64,000 nucleotides of DNA from Vulcanimicrobiota bacterium (lineage in GTDB: Bacteria; Vulcanimicrobiota; Vulcanimicrobiia; Vulcanimicrobiales; Vulcanimicrobiaceae): assembly GCA_963820825.1 (NCBI GenBank), contig CAWGBN010000006.1:416001-480000 (forward strand), read 5' to 3'. This document shows positions 21,655 to 35,283 of the stretch, one piece after another; position 1 is the stretch's first letter; every line of letters begins with the position of its first letter. A program made the translations under genes and the position numbers. The notes beneath the pieces are model-generated. The model saw only the letters and a list, made by a program, of their open reading frames with translations, was not told where the DNA came from and made no database searches.

Positions 21655-24577
21655 ATGCTCGCATCAGTGCTTCTCCTTACGAGTCTCTTTGCCGGCTTGG
21701 AGTATCGAGAGATCGGCCCGGCGATCAGCGGCGGACGCAGCCCCGCAGTAGCCGGCAGCAATCGCGATCCGTTCCTCTACTTTGCCGGCGGTGCGGGCGG
21801 CGGCGTCTTCAAAACGACCGACGGCGGTGCATCGTGGGTTCCGGTCTTCGACACGCAGCCCGCCGCGCCGATCGGCGCGATTACGATCGCGCCGCAAGAC
21901 GATCTCGACGTCTGGGTGGGAACGGGTGAGTCGAATCCGCGCAATACCGTAGAATCGGGCGACGGAATCTATCACACGACCGATGGCGGACGCCACTGGC
22001 AGCGCGCCGGACTCGAGCGCTCCGCGCAGTATCTCGCGCATCAGCATCGATCCGCGCGATCGGCAAGTCGTTGCCGTCGGCGTGCTCGGCCGCGTCTCGT
22101 CCGACGATTCCGATCGCGGCGTCTGTCTCACGCGCGACGGCGGAGCGCATTGGACGCGCACGCTCTACGTCGGACCGTCGAGCGGCGTCTCGTCGCTGGT
22201 GCGCGTTCCCGATCGCCCGGCGACGCTCTTCGCCGGCATCTGGCAGGTTCGCCGCGCGCCGTGGCGCCTCGATAGCGGCGGACCCCGTGGCGGAATCTAC
22301 CGGTCCGACGACGACGGCCGCACCTGGCACAAGCTCGAAGGGCGAGGCTTGCCGGCCGCGCCGACCGGTCGCATCGGCCTAGCCGCCGGAACGCGCGGCC
22401 GCATCTACGCGATCGTCGAATCGCGCGAAGGCGAGCTGTGGCGTTCCGATGACGGCGGCGCGACCTGGAAGAAGATGCCGCACAGCCCGCTTTTGGGCGC
22501 GCGCTCGTTCTATTTCAGCAGCATCTTCGTCGATCCGGCGAATCGCGATCGTCTCATCAACGTGTCATTGATCCTCTCGATGAGCACCGACGGCGGCTGT
22601 TCGTTCCACGCGATCGCAAACGGTTCCGGGTGGGATTATCACGACGTCTGGTGGTCGGCCGACGGCCGGCGAATCATCAACGGAAACGACGAGGGCGTCA
22701 TTCTCTCCGCCGACGGCGGTGAAGACTTCTGGCAGCCCTACGACCTGCCGTTCGCGCAGCCGTATCACGCCGGCTTCGATCGCGCCGTTCCATACTATCG
22801 CGTCTGCATCGGATTGCAGGACGACAATACTTGGTGCGGACCGTCGACGAGCGGCAACAACGTAGGCGTGCTCAATCGAGACTGGTATCAGGCCGGTCCC
22901 GGCGATGGGATGTGGGCGCTCTTCGATCCGAAGGATCCGAATCTCGTCTGGTCGACCTCGACGAACTCCGATACCGGCCAAGTCTTTCTCTTCGACGAAC
23001 GCACGAAGCAGGTCGATGAGGTCTCGCCCGATGCCGAATCGAACGGCGAGCTCGCCGCGGGCGCGCTGCGCTACCGTTTCAACTGGGAGACGCCGATCGC
23101 GTTTACCAACGACGGCAAGGCGCTCGTCGGCGGCAACGTCGTCTTCGAAAGTGCCGATCGCGGACAGACCTGGAGCGTCATCAGCCCCGATCTAACCCGT
23201 CACGACGCGAGCAAGGAACGTGAGAGCGGCGGTCCGATCGCCAACGACGAGTCGGGTGCGGAGATCTACGACACGATCCTCTATCTGGCGACGACGAAGC
23301 TCGACGATGCGATGATTTGGGCCACCACCGACGACGGGGTCGTTCAGTTGACGCGCGATGGCGGAAAAGACTGGCGCGACGTCTCGCCGCCGGCATCGCT
23401 CGTGCCGGCGTGGGGACGCATCGCGTGCATCGATCCCGGACGTTTCTCCTCGGGCACCGCATTCATCGCCGTCGAGCGCCATCTGCTCGGCGACGAGCGC
23501 CCCTATATCTTGCGTACCGACGATTTCGGCGCGACGTGGCGATCGATTTCCGGGAATCTGCCGGCGAATCAATTCGTTCGCGCGGTTCGGCAGGATCCGG
23601 TCGACGGAAATCTGCTCTATGCCGGAACGAATCGCGGCGTCTGGGCGAGCTTCGACGGCGGTGCGCGCTGGGAGCCGCTGCGGCTCAATATGCCGGCATC
23701 CGCAATCTACGACCTCGAGATTCAGCCCGATGCCGACGATCTCGTCGTCGCGTCGCACGGTCGCGGCGTTTGGATTCTCGACGACCTGACCGCACTCCAA
23801 GCGTGGCCGCAGGCGGCATCCTCGACGACGACGCTCTTCGCTCCGCGTACGACCTATCGCATGTGGCAGTGGTCGCCGCTCAACACCTTTACCGACCCCA
23901 AAATTCCCCCGAACGAATACGTCGGGGAGAATCCCGATGACGGCGCGCTGCTCACCTACTATCTTGCGAACGAGCCGAAGCGCGCGACGATCGAAATTCT
24001 CGACCCGCAAGGGACCGTCGTCCGCCGGTTGAGCGGCGACGACGTTCCAAAACGAGCCGGCATCAATCGCACGTCGTGGGATCTCGATGAAGAGGGTCCG
24101 GTTAAGTGGACCGGCACCTACAAGGAGAATCAGGGTCCCGAGACGGGTGCCGAGGTGGTGCCGGGCTCGTACGAGGTGCGTCTCGACGCCGACGGGGTCA
24201 GCAAGACGCAGCCGCTCGTCGTCAAGCCCGATCCCCGCGATCCGGACCTCGCGAAGGCGCGCAGCCGGCACGATTTTCTGATCGCGCTCTTCGCACAGCT
24301 CGGAACGATCGATACGATGCTCAACGCGATCGACGCGCGACTCAAGCGCGCGTCGGGCGCGCAGGCCGCGTCGTTGCGCGCATTCAAGCACCGGCTGACC
24401 TACGATCCGCGCAACATCGAGGATCTCAGCGGTCCGGCCGAGATTCGCGAGCAGGTACTCGACTTGATCTCACGTGCGAGCTCGTCGTTCCAAGCGCCGA
24501 CTGCCGCGCAGCAGGCGCAAGCCGCCGCCGACAAGTCTGCGCTCGACGCGCTCTCCTCCGTCTATGCCAAGTTATAA
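21655..24577 (+). pseudogene. VPS10/BNR-repeat (sortilin-like glycosyl hydrolase) protein split by a 1-nt frameshift near 22030
   Basis: The 5' ORF (REIGPAISGGR, TTDGGASW, VGTGE) continues in the next frame (ISRISIDP, many SxDGGxTW Asp-boxes) if one base is removed at TCC GCG CAG T ATC TCG. Confidence 0.8.
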
Positions 24578-24627
24578 AGGGCGTTCCTGCAACCAATCGC
24601 GCAGCTGCACTGTATTATGAGTGAGCG

Positions 24628-27255
<2,628 letters not shown>

Positions 27256-27264
27256 CCGGCGTAG

Positions 27265-29313
27265 ATGCTTGCTGCATTTACGCTCGCTCAGATTCTCAAC
27301 TACCCGTTTCCGGAGGCGCTCGTCGGCGACCAGCGGGGAACCGCGATCGCCTATACCCTCGTCCAGCAGGGAGTCCGAACGCTCTGGTTCGCGCGCTCGC
27401 CGCAGTGGGCACCGGTGCAGCTCTTTTCGTCGGGCGGCGACGACGGCCAAGAGATCAGCAACCTGGTCATCTCCAACGACGACGCCCACGTCGTCTACGT
27501 GCGCGGCGGCGACCACGACGCGAATTGGCCGCAGCCGTTGCAGCCCGGCCCGGCGGCGATGCCGCAGCAGCCCGAGATGCAGGTCTGGTCGATCGCGACG
27601 AACGGCGGCGCGCCCAAGCTGATCGGCGACGGCGACGCGCCCGCGATCTCGCCCGATGCAACGCGCGTCGCGTTTACCGCCGACGGCGCCGTGATGATCG
27701 CGCCGATCGATGGAAGCGTTGCCGCGAAGCGGCTCTTCTTCGATCGAGGGCAGGATTCGGATCTGCACTGGTCGCCGGACGGATCGGCCCTGGCGTTCGT
27801 ATCGGCGCGCACCGACCATAGCTTCATCGCGATCTATCGCAACGATCCAACCCCGCTCGACTTCATCGCGCCCACGACCTCGCAGGATTTCATGCCGCGC
27901 TGGTCGCCCGACGGCACGCGCGTTGCCTTCATTCGAATCCACGGCGACGGCGGAGCGCCGCAGAACCCGCTCGACTGGAATCCGACCCCGTGGGAGATTT
28001 GGGTCGGCGACGCGCGGGGCGCAGCGCAACGCGTTTGGTCGAGCGGCGATACGCCGCGTGCGTCTTTGCCGCAGAGCGCCGGCGGTCCGTTCTTGGAGTG
28101 GGCCGCGGGTGACCGGCTCGTCTTCAAGAGCGAACGAGACAACTGGCTGCATCTGTACGCCGTCGCAGCGAGCGGCGGAAGCGCGCGATTACTGACGCCC
28201 GGCGATTTCATGGTCGAAGACGTCTCGGTCGCGCCGGATCGAAACTCGATCGTCTACTCGGCGAATACCGGATCGACGGTTGGCGACGACGATCGGCGCC
28301 ACGTCTTCCGCGTCGACGTCGAGAGCGCAACGAACACGCCGCTGGCGATCGGTGCGAGCAGCGAGACGAATCCCGTCGCTTTAGCCGGCGGTGACGTCGC
28401 ATTCAATCGTGCGACGGCGCAGCAGCCGCTGCTCGTGACGTTGCTTTCGGGCGGCTCGCAGCGTGCGCTCGACGCAAATCTGCTTGCAAGCGACTTTCCC
28501 TCGTCGCAGCTCGTGACGCCGCAAGAGGTCTCGTTTCGCGCCGCGGACGGAACGTTGGTACACGGTCAGATCTTCGCGCCAAGCGGCGGCGGCAAACATC
28601 CGGGCATCGTCTTCGTGCACGGTGGTCCGGTGCGTCAGATGCTGCTGACCTGGCATTACATGGATTACTACTCGAACGCATACGCCGTGAATCAGTACCT
28701 GGCGAGCCGCGGATTCGTCGTGCTCGCGGTCAACTACCGGCTCGGAATCGGCTACGGCCACGACTTCAACTATCCGCCGCAGTGGGGGCCGACGGGTGCC
28801 TCGGAGTATCAAGACGTCGTCGCCGGCGCGCGCTTTCTCCAACGCGATTCCCGCGTCGATCCGAAACGCATCGGCATCTGGGGCGGTTCCTATGGCGGAT
28901 ACCTCACCGCGCTCGCCCTCGCGCGAAACTCCGACATCTTCAAGACCGGAGTAGACTACCACGGCGTTCACGACTGGTCGCTCGATATCGACAATCCGGT
29001 TTGGGGCTTCCAGCAGCTCAAGCGGTACCAGCAATACGACGCCAAAGCGATGATGAGGCTCGCTTGGGAATCGTCGCCCGATTCGGCGATCGCCACGTGG
29101 AAATCGCCGGTTTTGCTGATTCAAGGCGACGACGACCGCAACGTCGAGTTCCATCAAATGGTCGATCTCGTCGAGCGGCTGCGCGCCGCACATGTTCCCT
29201 TCGAGCAGATCGTGATCCCCAACGAAATTCACGGTTTTCTGCGGTACGAAGCGTGGCTGGAGGCCGATACGGCGACCGCCGAGTATCTCGCTCGCGAGTT
29301 CTCGGCCCGGTAA
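27265..29313 (+). CDS. S9 family peptidase (prolyl oligopeptidase/dipeptidyl peptidase clan) with PD40-type propeller
   Basis: WSPDG repeats; VHGGP; nucleophile GGSYGG; DDRNV Asp; EIHGF His. Confidence 0.9.
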   Translation: MLAAFTLAQILNYPFPEALVGDQRGTAIAYTLVQQGVRTLWFARSPQWAPVQLFSSGGDDGQEISNLVISNDDAHVVYVRGGDHDANWPQPLQPGPAAMPQQPEMQVWSIATNGGAPKLIGDGDAPAISPDATRVAFTADGAVMIAPIDGSVAAKRLFFDRGQDSDLHWSPDGSALAFVSARTDHSFIAIYRNDPTPLDFIAPTTSQDFMPRWSPDGTRVAFIRIHGDGGAPQNPLDWNPTPWEIWVGDARGAAQRVWSSGDTPRASLPQSAGGPFLEWAAGDRLVFKSERDNWLHLYAVAASGGSARLLTPGDFMVEDVSVAPDRNSIVYSANTGSTVGDDDRRHVFRVDVESATNTPLAIGASSETNPVALAGGDVAFNRATAQQPLLVTLLSGGSQRALDANLLASDFPSSQLVTPQEVSFRAADGTLVHGQIFAPSGGGKHPGIVFVHGGPVRQMLLTWHYMDYYSNAYAVNQYLASRGFVVLAVNYRLGIGYGHDFNYPPQWGPTGASEYQDVVAGARFLQRDSRVDPKRIGIWGGSYGGYLTALALARNSDIFKTGVDYHGVHDWSLDIDNPVWGFQQLKRYQQYDAKAMMRLAWESSPDSAIATWKSPVLLIQGDDDRNVEFHQMVDLVERLRAAHVPFEQIVIPNEIHGFLRYEAWLEADTATAEYLAREFSAR

Positions 29314-29385
29314 CTCACCGAGGGAATGCCGGGCGGGGGTCGCCTTCCACCCCGCGTTGAATCCAAATGCATGGCTGCGTATGGC

Positions 29386-30813
29386 ATGCGACGCATCGCC
29401 GTTGTCGCCGCCGCAACGGTCTGGTGCGTCTTGCGCACGGCGAACGCCGGCTCGGCACAACCGCTGACGCTGCAACAGACCGTCTCTTACGCAATGGGAC
29501 ACAATGCGACGATCGCGGCGAAGCACGCGGCGCTCGCGCAAGCGGAATCGAACTACACCCGCCAGCGCGCGACCGAATACCCGCCGGTCGTAGCGAGTCT
29601 GCAGAACCTTCTCGCCAAGCAGAATAACTACGCCGGTCCGTTAGCGCAATACGGAGTCGTCCCGGTTACGAACTTCTCGCAGAACACCGCGCAGGTCGGG
29701 ACGCAGTGGACGCTCTACAACGGATCGCTCAACCAGATCCTCACGCAACAGAACTACCGGCAAGTCGAAGCCGCGCGCGCCGACCTGCGGCAGACCCAGA
29801 TGGAGACGACCTCCAAGCTCGTAGCGATGTTCTTTGCGATTGCGAACTGGCAGCATCTGTACGATCTCGCGCAAGCAAATCTCGTCTATCAGCAGGCGTT
29901 GCTCGCCGTCGCGCAAGCGAAGGAGAAGGCCGGTCTGGTCGCCGGCGTCGACGTGCTGCGCGCCGAGGTCGGCGTCGACCAGACCCAGGTAGCCCTGCTC
30001 AACACGCAATCGGATCGCGAGACCGCGACCGAATCGCTCGCGCAGACAATCGGCGCCGGTCTCGAGACGACCTTCGCCGTCCCGTCGGTGCTGCCGCAGC
30101 CGCCGCTGCCGCCCGGAACGAATTCGGCGCTAGTCGAGATTGCCGAACGAAACCGCCCCGAGGTTGCCGCCGCGACCGCGAGCTTGGCGATCGCACAGCT
30201 TTCGCGCGCGAGCATCGATACCGATCTGCTGCCGCAGGTCAACGTCTACGCTTCCTTCGGCAACCAAACGTCGCCGACGAGCTACGTCGACGAGCAGACG
30301 CAGATCAATGCGCTCAACCAGGCCTGTGCGCCATATCCGAATCAGATCCAATGCATCGGCTTCCCGTTCGCGAACGTAACGCGCGGCACGCCGGGCTTCT
30401 GGAACATCGGTGCGACCTCGACCCTCTCGCTGCCGATCGTCGACTACGGCACGCGTGCCGCCGCGCACCGTTCGGCGAATCAATCGATTGAATCGGCGCA
30501 GCTCGCACTGGACTCGGCAAAGACGGCGACCCAAGAGGACGTCCTGCAATCGCTTCGGCAAGCGCAGACCGCGCGCGAGTCGCTCTCGTATCAGCAAGCG
30601 GCGGCGAAGCTGGGTGCCGAAGCGGCGCGGATTGCCCAGCTTCAGTACGACAGCGGGCTCATCTCGCTCACCGATACCAAGGCGGCGCAGGCGACCTCGC
30701 TCCAGGCGCAGGCCGATTCGTTCGGCGCGCAGATCGAATACATCAACGCCGTGGTCAAACTTCGCGCTGCGCTCGGAGCCTTCGATCCCATGGCGGCGGT
30801 TGCGGATCTCTGA
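29386..30813 (+). CDS. TolC family outer membrane efflux protein
   Basis: Signal peptide, LTLQQTVSYAM, AGLVAGVDVLRAEV, RPEV, QYDSGLISLTD repeat architecture. Start approximate. Confidence 0.85.
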   Translation: MRRIAVVAAATVWCVLRTANAGSAQPLTLQQTVSYAMGHNATIAAKHAALAQAESNYTRQRATEYPPVVASLQNLLAKQNNYAGPLAQYGVVPVTNFSQNTAQVGTQWTLYNGSLNQILTQQNYRQVEAARADLRQTQMETTSKLVAMFFAIANWQHLYDLAQANLVYQQALLAVAQAKEKAGLVAGVDVLRAEVGVDQTQVALLNTQSDRETATESLAQTIGAGLETTFAVPSVLPQPPLPPGTNSALVEIAERNRPEVAAATASLAIAQLSRASIDTDLLPQVNVYASFGNQTSPTSYVDEQTQINALNQACAPYPNQIQCIGFPFANVTRGTPGFWNIGATSTLSLPIVDYGTRAAAHRSANQSIESAQLALDSAKTATQEDVLQSLRQAQTARESLSYQQAAAKLGAEAARIAQLQYDSGLISLTDTKAAQATSLQAQADSFGAQIEYINAVVKLRAALGAFDPMAAVADL

Positions 30814-32309
30814 TGGATAATCGGCGCAAGGCAGCGATTGCAATCGGCGCGGTGCTTGCGCTCGCACTCGTCGTCGCGTTCTTCAATTTGCGCCGAGCGG
30901 CGCGCAGCGTGCCCGTTCTGACGGTCGGCTACGCGCCCTTCACCATCGGCTTGCCGGAGAGCGGCGTCATTCAATACCCTCAGATCCAGACGATATCGAG
31001 CCAGATCGCGGGCAACGTCGGGCGGATCTACGTTCGCATGGGCGACCGCGTCGTCGCCGGCCAGCTGCTCGCGACGCTTGAGAATCCGCAAGCGCTCGCC
31101 AACGCGCAGAGCACTGCGGCGGCGTACCGCTCCGCCGTCGCCAAAGCGGAGAGCGCTACCGTGACCGGTGGCTCGAACGTAGTGCAGGCGCAAGCGAATC
31201 TCGCGACGGCGCGAGCGCGGCTCGTCCAGGCGCAGCAAGACCTCGCCAACGGCGTGCAGTCCGGACTCGGCTACGGCGAGACGACCGCCGCGAATGAGAT
31301 CGCCGCGGCCGACGCGAACCTGCTCACCGCCTCGACGAATCTCCGCGAAGCGCGCCGCATCTATTTCGCCTACCGCGGTCTCTACGCCAACAAAGCCGTC
31401 TCGCACGATCAGCTCGATCAAACCGAGGCGAAGTACGAAGAGGCGCAGGCGCAGTACGATCAAGCGCGTTCCGCGCGCGCGGCGCTCGGCTCGCAGTTGA
31501 CGGGTTCGAAGGCGGTGCTTGAGGGAAACCTCCGCTCCGCACGCGAGGGCTACGCGCAGGCGCAGGCGCAACTGGCGGCCGCGCAGGTGGAGTCGGGCAG
31601 CGGCGACGTCGCGGCAGCGCGCGCTGAGGCGGAGCGCGCCGGCTCGGAGTATGCGCTCGCGCGCGAGCAGGCCGATGCGATGCACATTCACGCACCGTAC
31701 GATGCGACCGTCTTGAGCGTTGCATCGGAGAAGAACGATCCGCTTCGGCCGCTGCAGTCCGGCGACGCGGTCGAAGCGGGGCAGCCGCTCTTGACGCTCG
31801 CTGGCCAGCGCGGATTCGTGGTGCGCACGCGCGTCGACGAGCAGGATATCGTCGGCGTTGCACTCGGGCAGCGCGTGCAGATTAGCGGCGACGACTTTCC
31901 GGGACGCTCGCTGACCGGCCGCGTCGTCGAGATCTCCCCGATCGCTCAGCGCTCGGGCGATGCGGCGGCCTCGGCGCGTACCGTCGCGACGACGATCGCG
32001 ATCGACCGGCCGCCGCCGTTCCTGCGCGATGGAATGAGCGCCGAGATCACGATTCTCACCACCGATCTTCCCCGCGCGATCGCCGTTCCCGACCGGGCGA
32101 TCGGACGCGACGGTGCGGGAGCGTACGTCTACGTCGTGACGGGTGGAAGCGCGCACCGCCGGCCGGTGCGCGCTGGCGCGGCAACCGAAACGGCGACGGT
32201 GATCGAATCGGGGCTGCGCCCGGGCGACGTGATCGTCGCGCGCGACGTCAGCGGATTGCACGACGGCGATCGTGTCGTGGGCGCCACGCCCGATACGGGA
32301 CGTCCGTGA
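30813..32309 (+). CDS. Periplasmic adaptor (HlyD/MacA-type membrane fusion protein) with long alpha-hairpin
   Basis: N-terminal TM, VRMGDRVVAGQLL lipoyl half, long Ala/Gln coiled coil, IHAPYDA, VDEQDI, LRDGMSA, SGLRPGD. Confidence 0.88.
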   Translation: MDNRRKAAIAIGAVLALALVVAFFNLRRAARSVPVLTVGYAPFTIGLPESGVIQYPQIQTISSQIAGNVGRIYVRMGDRVVAGQLLATLENPQALANAQSTAAAYRSAVAKAESATVTGGSNVVQAQANLATARARLVQAQQDLANGVQSGLGYGETTAANEIAAADANLLTASTNLREARRIYFAYRGLYANKAVSHDQLDQTEAKYEEAQAQYDQARSARAALGSQLTGSKAVLEGNLRSAREGYAQAQAQLAAAQVESGSGDVAAARAEAERAGSEYALAREQADAMHIHAPYDATVLSVASEKNDPLRPLQSGDAVEAGQPLLTLAGQRGFVVRTRVDEQDIVGVALGQRVQISGDDFPGRSLTGRVVEISPIAQRSGDAAASARTVATTIAIDRPPPFLRDGMSAEITILTTDLPRAIAVPDRAIGRDGAGAYVYVVTGGSAHRRPVRAGAATETATVIESGLRPGDVIVARDVSGLHDGDRVVGATPDTGRP

Positions 32310-33142
32310 ACACGCCCGAACGGCCCGGCGGAAGCGGGCTTTTTCGCGAGCGCGCGATCGAATCGATCGATTCGGTCGAACGATTCGATGAAGCGATCGA
32401 CGTCGTCTCGTCGCATAGCGTCTTCGCGCTCGCCGCGATCGGCGCGCTGCTCTTCTGCGCACTGGTCTGGGCGATCTTCGGACGCGTTCCCGTCGGTCTG
32501 CAGGGGCGCGGCGTCATCGTCGCCGGAAGCGGCGTCCAACCCGTCGTCGCTCCGGCCGAGGGCACGTTGATCGCGCTGCCGGGTCAGGTCGGCGCTCCGG
32601 TCGCGCAAGGCGCCGCGATCGCGCGCATGCGCACGACCGCCGGCGAGATCGTCGCGCTGCGCGCGCCCGCCGCCGGACGGCTCGCGCAGCGTTCGCCGCA
32701 ACTCGGAAGCTTCGTTCGCGCCGGCGACGCGGTCGCGACGATCGAGCCCGTCGCGGCGAGTCCGACCGCCGTGCTCTTCGTTCCGGTCGAGACCGACCGT
32801 CGCGTCGCCGCAGGGATGCCGGTGCGCTTATCTCCCGCCGACGCGCGCCCCGATGTCTTCGGCTTTCTGCGGGGACACGTGACGTACGCCGCGCCGTTTC
32901 CGGCGAGTCCGGATCGCGTGCGAGCGGCCCTGCAGAACGACGCCGTCGCATCGGGGTTCTCGCCGGATACGCCGGTTCGTGAAGTACACGTCGCGCTCGA
33001 CGTGGACGCGCAAGGAGATCTGATCTGGTCGGGCCTGCGAAACTCCGGACGCGCGCTCTCGCCCGGCACCCCGTGCTACGCGACGATCGTCGTCGAGCAA
33101 CGGGCACCCATCTCGTTCGTGCTGCCGCAAACGCAAGAATGA
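32306..33142 (+). CDS. NHLM/NHLP bacteriocin system secretion protein (short HlyD-like)
   Basis: LFRERAIESIDSVERFD N-terminus, WAIFGRVP, FGFLRGHV, GTPCYATIVVEQRAPISFVLP C-terminus. Confidence 0.85.
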   Translation: MNTPERPGGSGLFRERAIESIDSVERFDEAIDVVSSHSVFALAAIGALLFCALVWAIFGRVPVGLQGRGVIVAGSGVQPVVAPAEGTLIALPGQVGAPVAQGAAIARMRTTAGEIVALRAPAAGRLAQRSPQLGSFVRAGDAVATIEPVAASPTAVLFVPVETDRRVAAGMPVRLSPADARPDVFGFLRGHVTYAAPFPASPDRVRAALQNDAVASGFSPDTPVREVHVALDVDAQGDLIWSGLRNSGRALSPGTPCYATIVVEQRAPISFVLPQTQE

Positions 33143-35283
33143 GCGCCGCCATCCCATTGGTGCGCACGCCGACGGTGCTGCAGATGGAGGCCGTCGAGTG
33201 CGGCGCCGCATCGCTGGGAATGATTCTGGGTTATTACGGCCGTCACGTTCCGCTCGAGGTGCTGCGCGATGCCTGCGGCGTTACGCGCGACGGAAGTTCG
33301 GCGGGCAACCTCTTGCGCGCGGCGCGAGCCTACGGCCTCGAGGCGCACGGCTATAAGTACGATATCGCCGAGCTCCGCGCGCTCGCCCCGCCGTTCATCG
33401 TCTTTTGGCAGTTCTATCATTTCGTCGTCGTCGAGGGCTTTACCAAAGACGGCGCGATGCTCAACGATCCGGCCGGCGGCCGGCGCCTCTGCGACTGGGA
33501 GGAGTTCGACCGATCGTATACCGGTGTATGCTTGGCCTTTGCGCCCGGTCCGAGCTTCACGCCGAGCAACGACGTTCCGGCAACGGCGAGCATTCTACGC
33601 GCGCAGCTGACCGGTTCGTGGGGAGCGGTGCTCTTCGTCGTCATCGCGGGGCTGGCGTTGGTCGTGCCGAGCATCGCCTTGCCGACCTTCACCAAGACGT
33701 TCATCGACGAAGTGATGGTCGGAAAGAGTTACGGCTGGGTCTTTTGGATCGGCGTGGGGATCATCGTCAGCATCGCACTGCAAGCCGGATTGCTCGAACT
33801 CCAGCAGCAAGCGATTCTGAGACTTCAAGCGAAGCTCGCGCTTGCAAACGCGAGCCGCATGCTCTGGCACTGCCTGCGCCTGCCGATGACGTTCTTCGCG
33901 CAGCGCTCCCCCGCCGAGGTCGCCAACCGCGTCGCGATCTGCGATCGCGTTGCGGAACTGCTCTCGAGCCGGTTCGCCGCAAGCGCGATCGGCGTGGTCG
34001 CGGCGCTCTTCTATCTCGCTTTGATGGCGTGGTACGATCGCGTGCTCGCCCTCATCTCGCTCGCCATCGCCGCGCTCAACATACTCGCGCTGCGATTCGT
34101 GGCGCGCCAGCGCTCCGACGCAAATGCGACCCTGCTCCAAGAGGAAGCGATGCTGCTGGGTGCATCGGTCTCGGGGTTGGAGCGGATCGAGCTGCTCAAG
34201 GCCGGCGGCGCCGAGAGCACGTTTCTGATGAAATGGCTCGGACGCCAAGCGCGAGTGATCAACGCGCGGCAGCGTTTCGCGGTTCCGTCGCAAGTGCTCT
34301 ACGCGGTGCCGAGGCTCCTCATCACGATCAATATCACCGCGATCCTCGTGATCGGCGGTCTGCGGGTGATCGAGGGCGCCATTTCGATCGGCACGCTCTT
34401 TGCCTACGCGCTCTTGATGCAACTCTTCGTCGCGCCTTTTACCACCTTCGTCGAGCTCGGTGCCGATTTACAGGAGATGGACGGGGACGTACGCCGCATC
34501 GAGGACGTACTGCGCTATCCGCTGCCGCCGGCGCCGGCGATCGAGCGGATGAAACGAATCCGTCTCAGCGGAAAGCTCGAGCTGCGCGACGTCTCGTTCG
34601 GCTACAACCGGCAGATGCCGCCGGTCGTTGCCGACATTTCGTTCGTGATCGCACCCGGGCGGCGGATCGCTCTGGTCGGTCCGTCGGGCAGCGGAAAATC
34701 GACGATTGCCAAAATCGTCTCCGGGCTCTTCACGCCGTGGTCGGGAGGCGTCTTCTTCGACGGCGTCGAGCGCGAGGCCATCGATCCGTCGCTGCTGGCG
34801 ACCGACGTCGCCTTCGTCGATCAAGAGATCTCGCTCTATCCGGGAACGGTGCGCAGCAATCTAACACTCTGGGATCCGGAGATCTCCGATGCAGCCGTCG
34901 AGCGCGCCGCTCGCGATGCCTTCATTCACGCCGACGTCGCGGCGCGGCCGGGCGGATACGAAGCGCCGATGGCCGAGGGCGGAATCAACTTTAGCGCGGG
35001 CCAACGCCAGCGACTCGAGATAGCTCGGGCATTGGTGCGCGATCCCGCTCTCGTCGTTCTCGACGAGGCGACGAGCGCGCTCGACCCGCTCACCGAGTAT
35101 CTCATCGACGAGAGTCTGCGGCGGCGCGGATGCGCCTGCCTGATCATCGCGCACCGGTTGAGCACGATACGCGATGCCGACGAAATTCTAGTGCTCGACG
35201 CCGGGCGAATCGTCGAGCGCGGCACGCACGACGAGCTCCTCGCTCGCGGGGGCCGCTATCTCGCGCTGGTGAGATCGCAGTGA
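33139..35283 (+). CDS. NHLM bacteriocin system ABC transporter, C39 peptidase/ATP-binding protein
   Basis: RTPTVLQMEAVECGAASL (catalytic Cys), HFVVVEG (His), NDPA (Asp); TM domain; GPSGSGKS; FSAGQRQRLEIARAL; LDEATSALD. ATGA overlap sets the start at 33139. Confidence 0.93.
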   Translation: MSAAIPLVRTPTVLQMEAVECGAASLGMILGYYGRHVPLEVLRDACGVTRDGSSAGNLLRAARAYGLEAHGYKYDIAELRALAPPFIVFWQFYHFVVVEGFTKDGAMLNDPAGGRRLCDWEEFDRSYTGVCLAFAPGPSFTPSNDVPATASILRAQLTGSWGAVLFVVIAGLALVVPSIALPTFTKTFIDEVMVGKSYGWVFWIGVGIIVSIALQAGLLELQQQAILRLQAKLALANASRMLWHCLRLPMTFFAQRSPAEVANRVAICDRVAELLSSRFAASAIGVVAALFYLALMAWYDRVLALISLAIAALNILALRFVARQRSDANATLLQEEAMLLGASVSGLERIELLKAGGAESTFLMKWLGRQARVINARQRFAVPSQVLYAVPRLLITINITAILVIGGLRVIEGAISIGTLFAYALLMQLFVAPFTTFVELGADLQEMDGDVRRIEDVLRYPLPPAPAIERMKRIRLSGKLELRDVSFGYNRQMPPVVADISFVIAPGRRIALVGPSGSGKSTIAKIVSGLFTPWSGGVFFDGVEREAIDPSLLATDVAFVDQEISLYPGTVRSNLTLWDPEISDAAVERAARDAFIHADVAARPGGYEAPMAEGGINFSAGQRQRLEIARALVRDPALVVLDEATSALDPLTEYLIDESLRRRGCACLIIAHRLSTIRDADEILVLDAGRIVERGTHDELLARGGRYLALVRSQ

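Noticed and set aside
24578..24627. CIRCE/HrcA operator upstream of clpB
   Set aside because: No TTAGCACTC-N9-GAGTGCTAA match.
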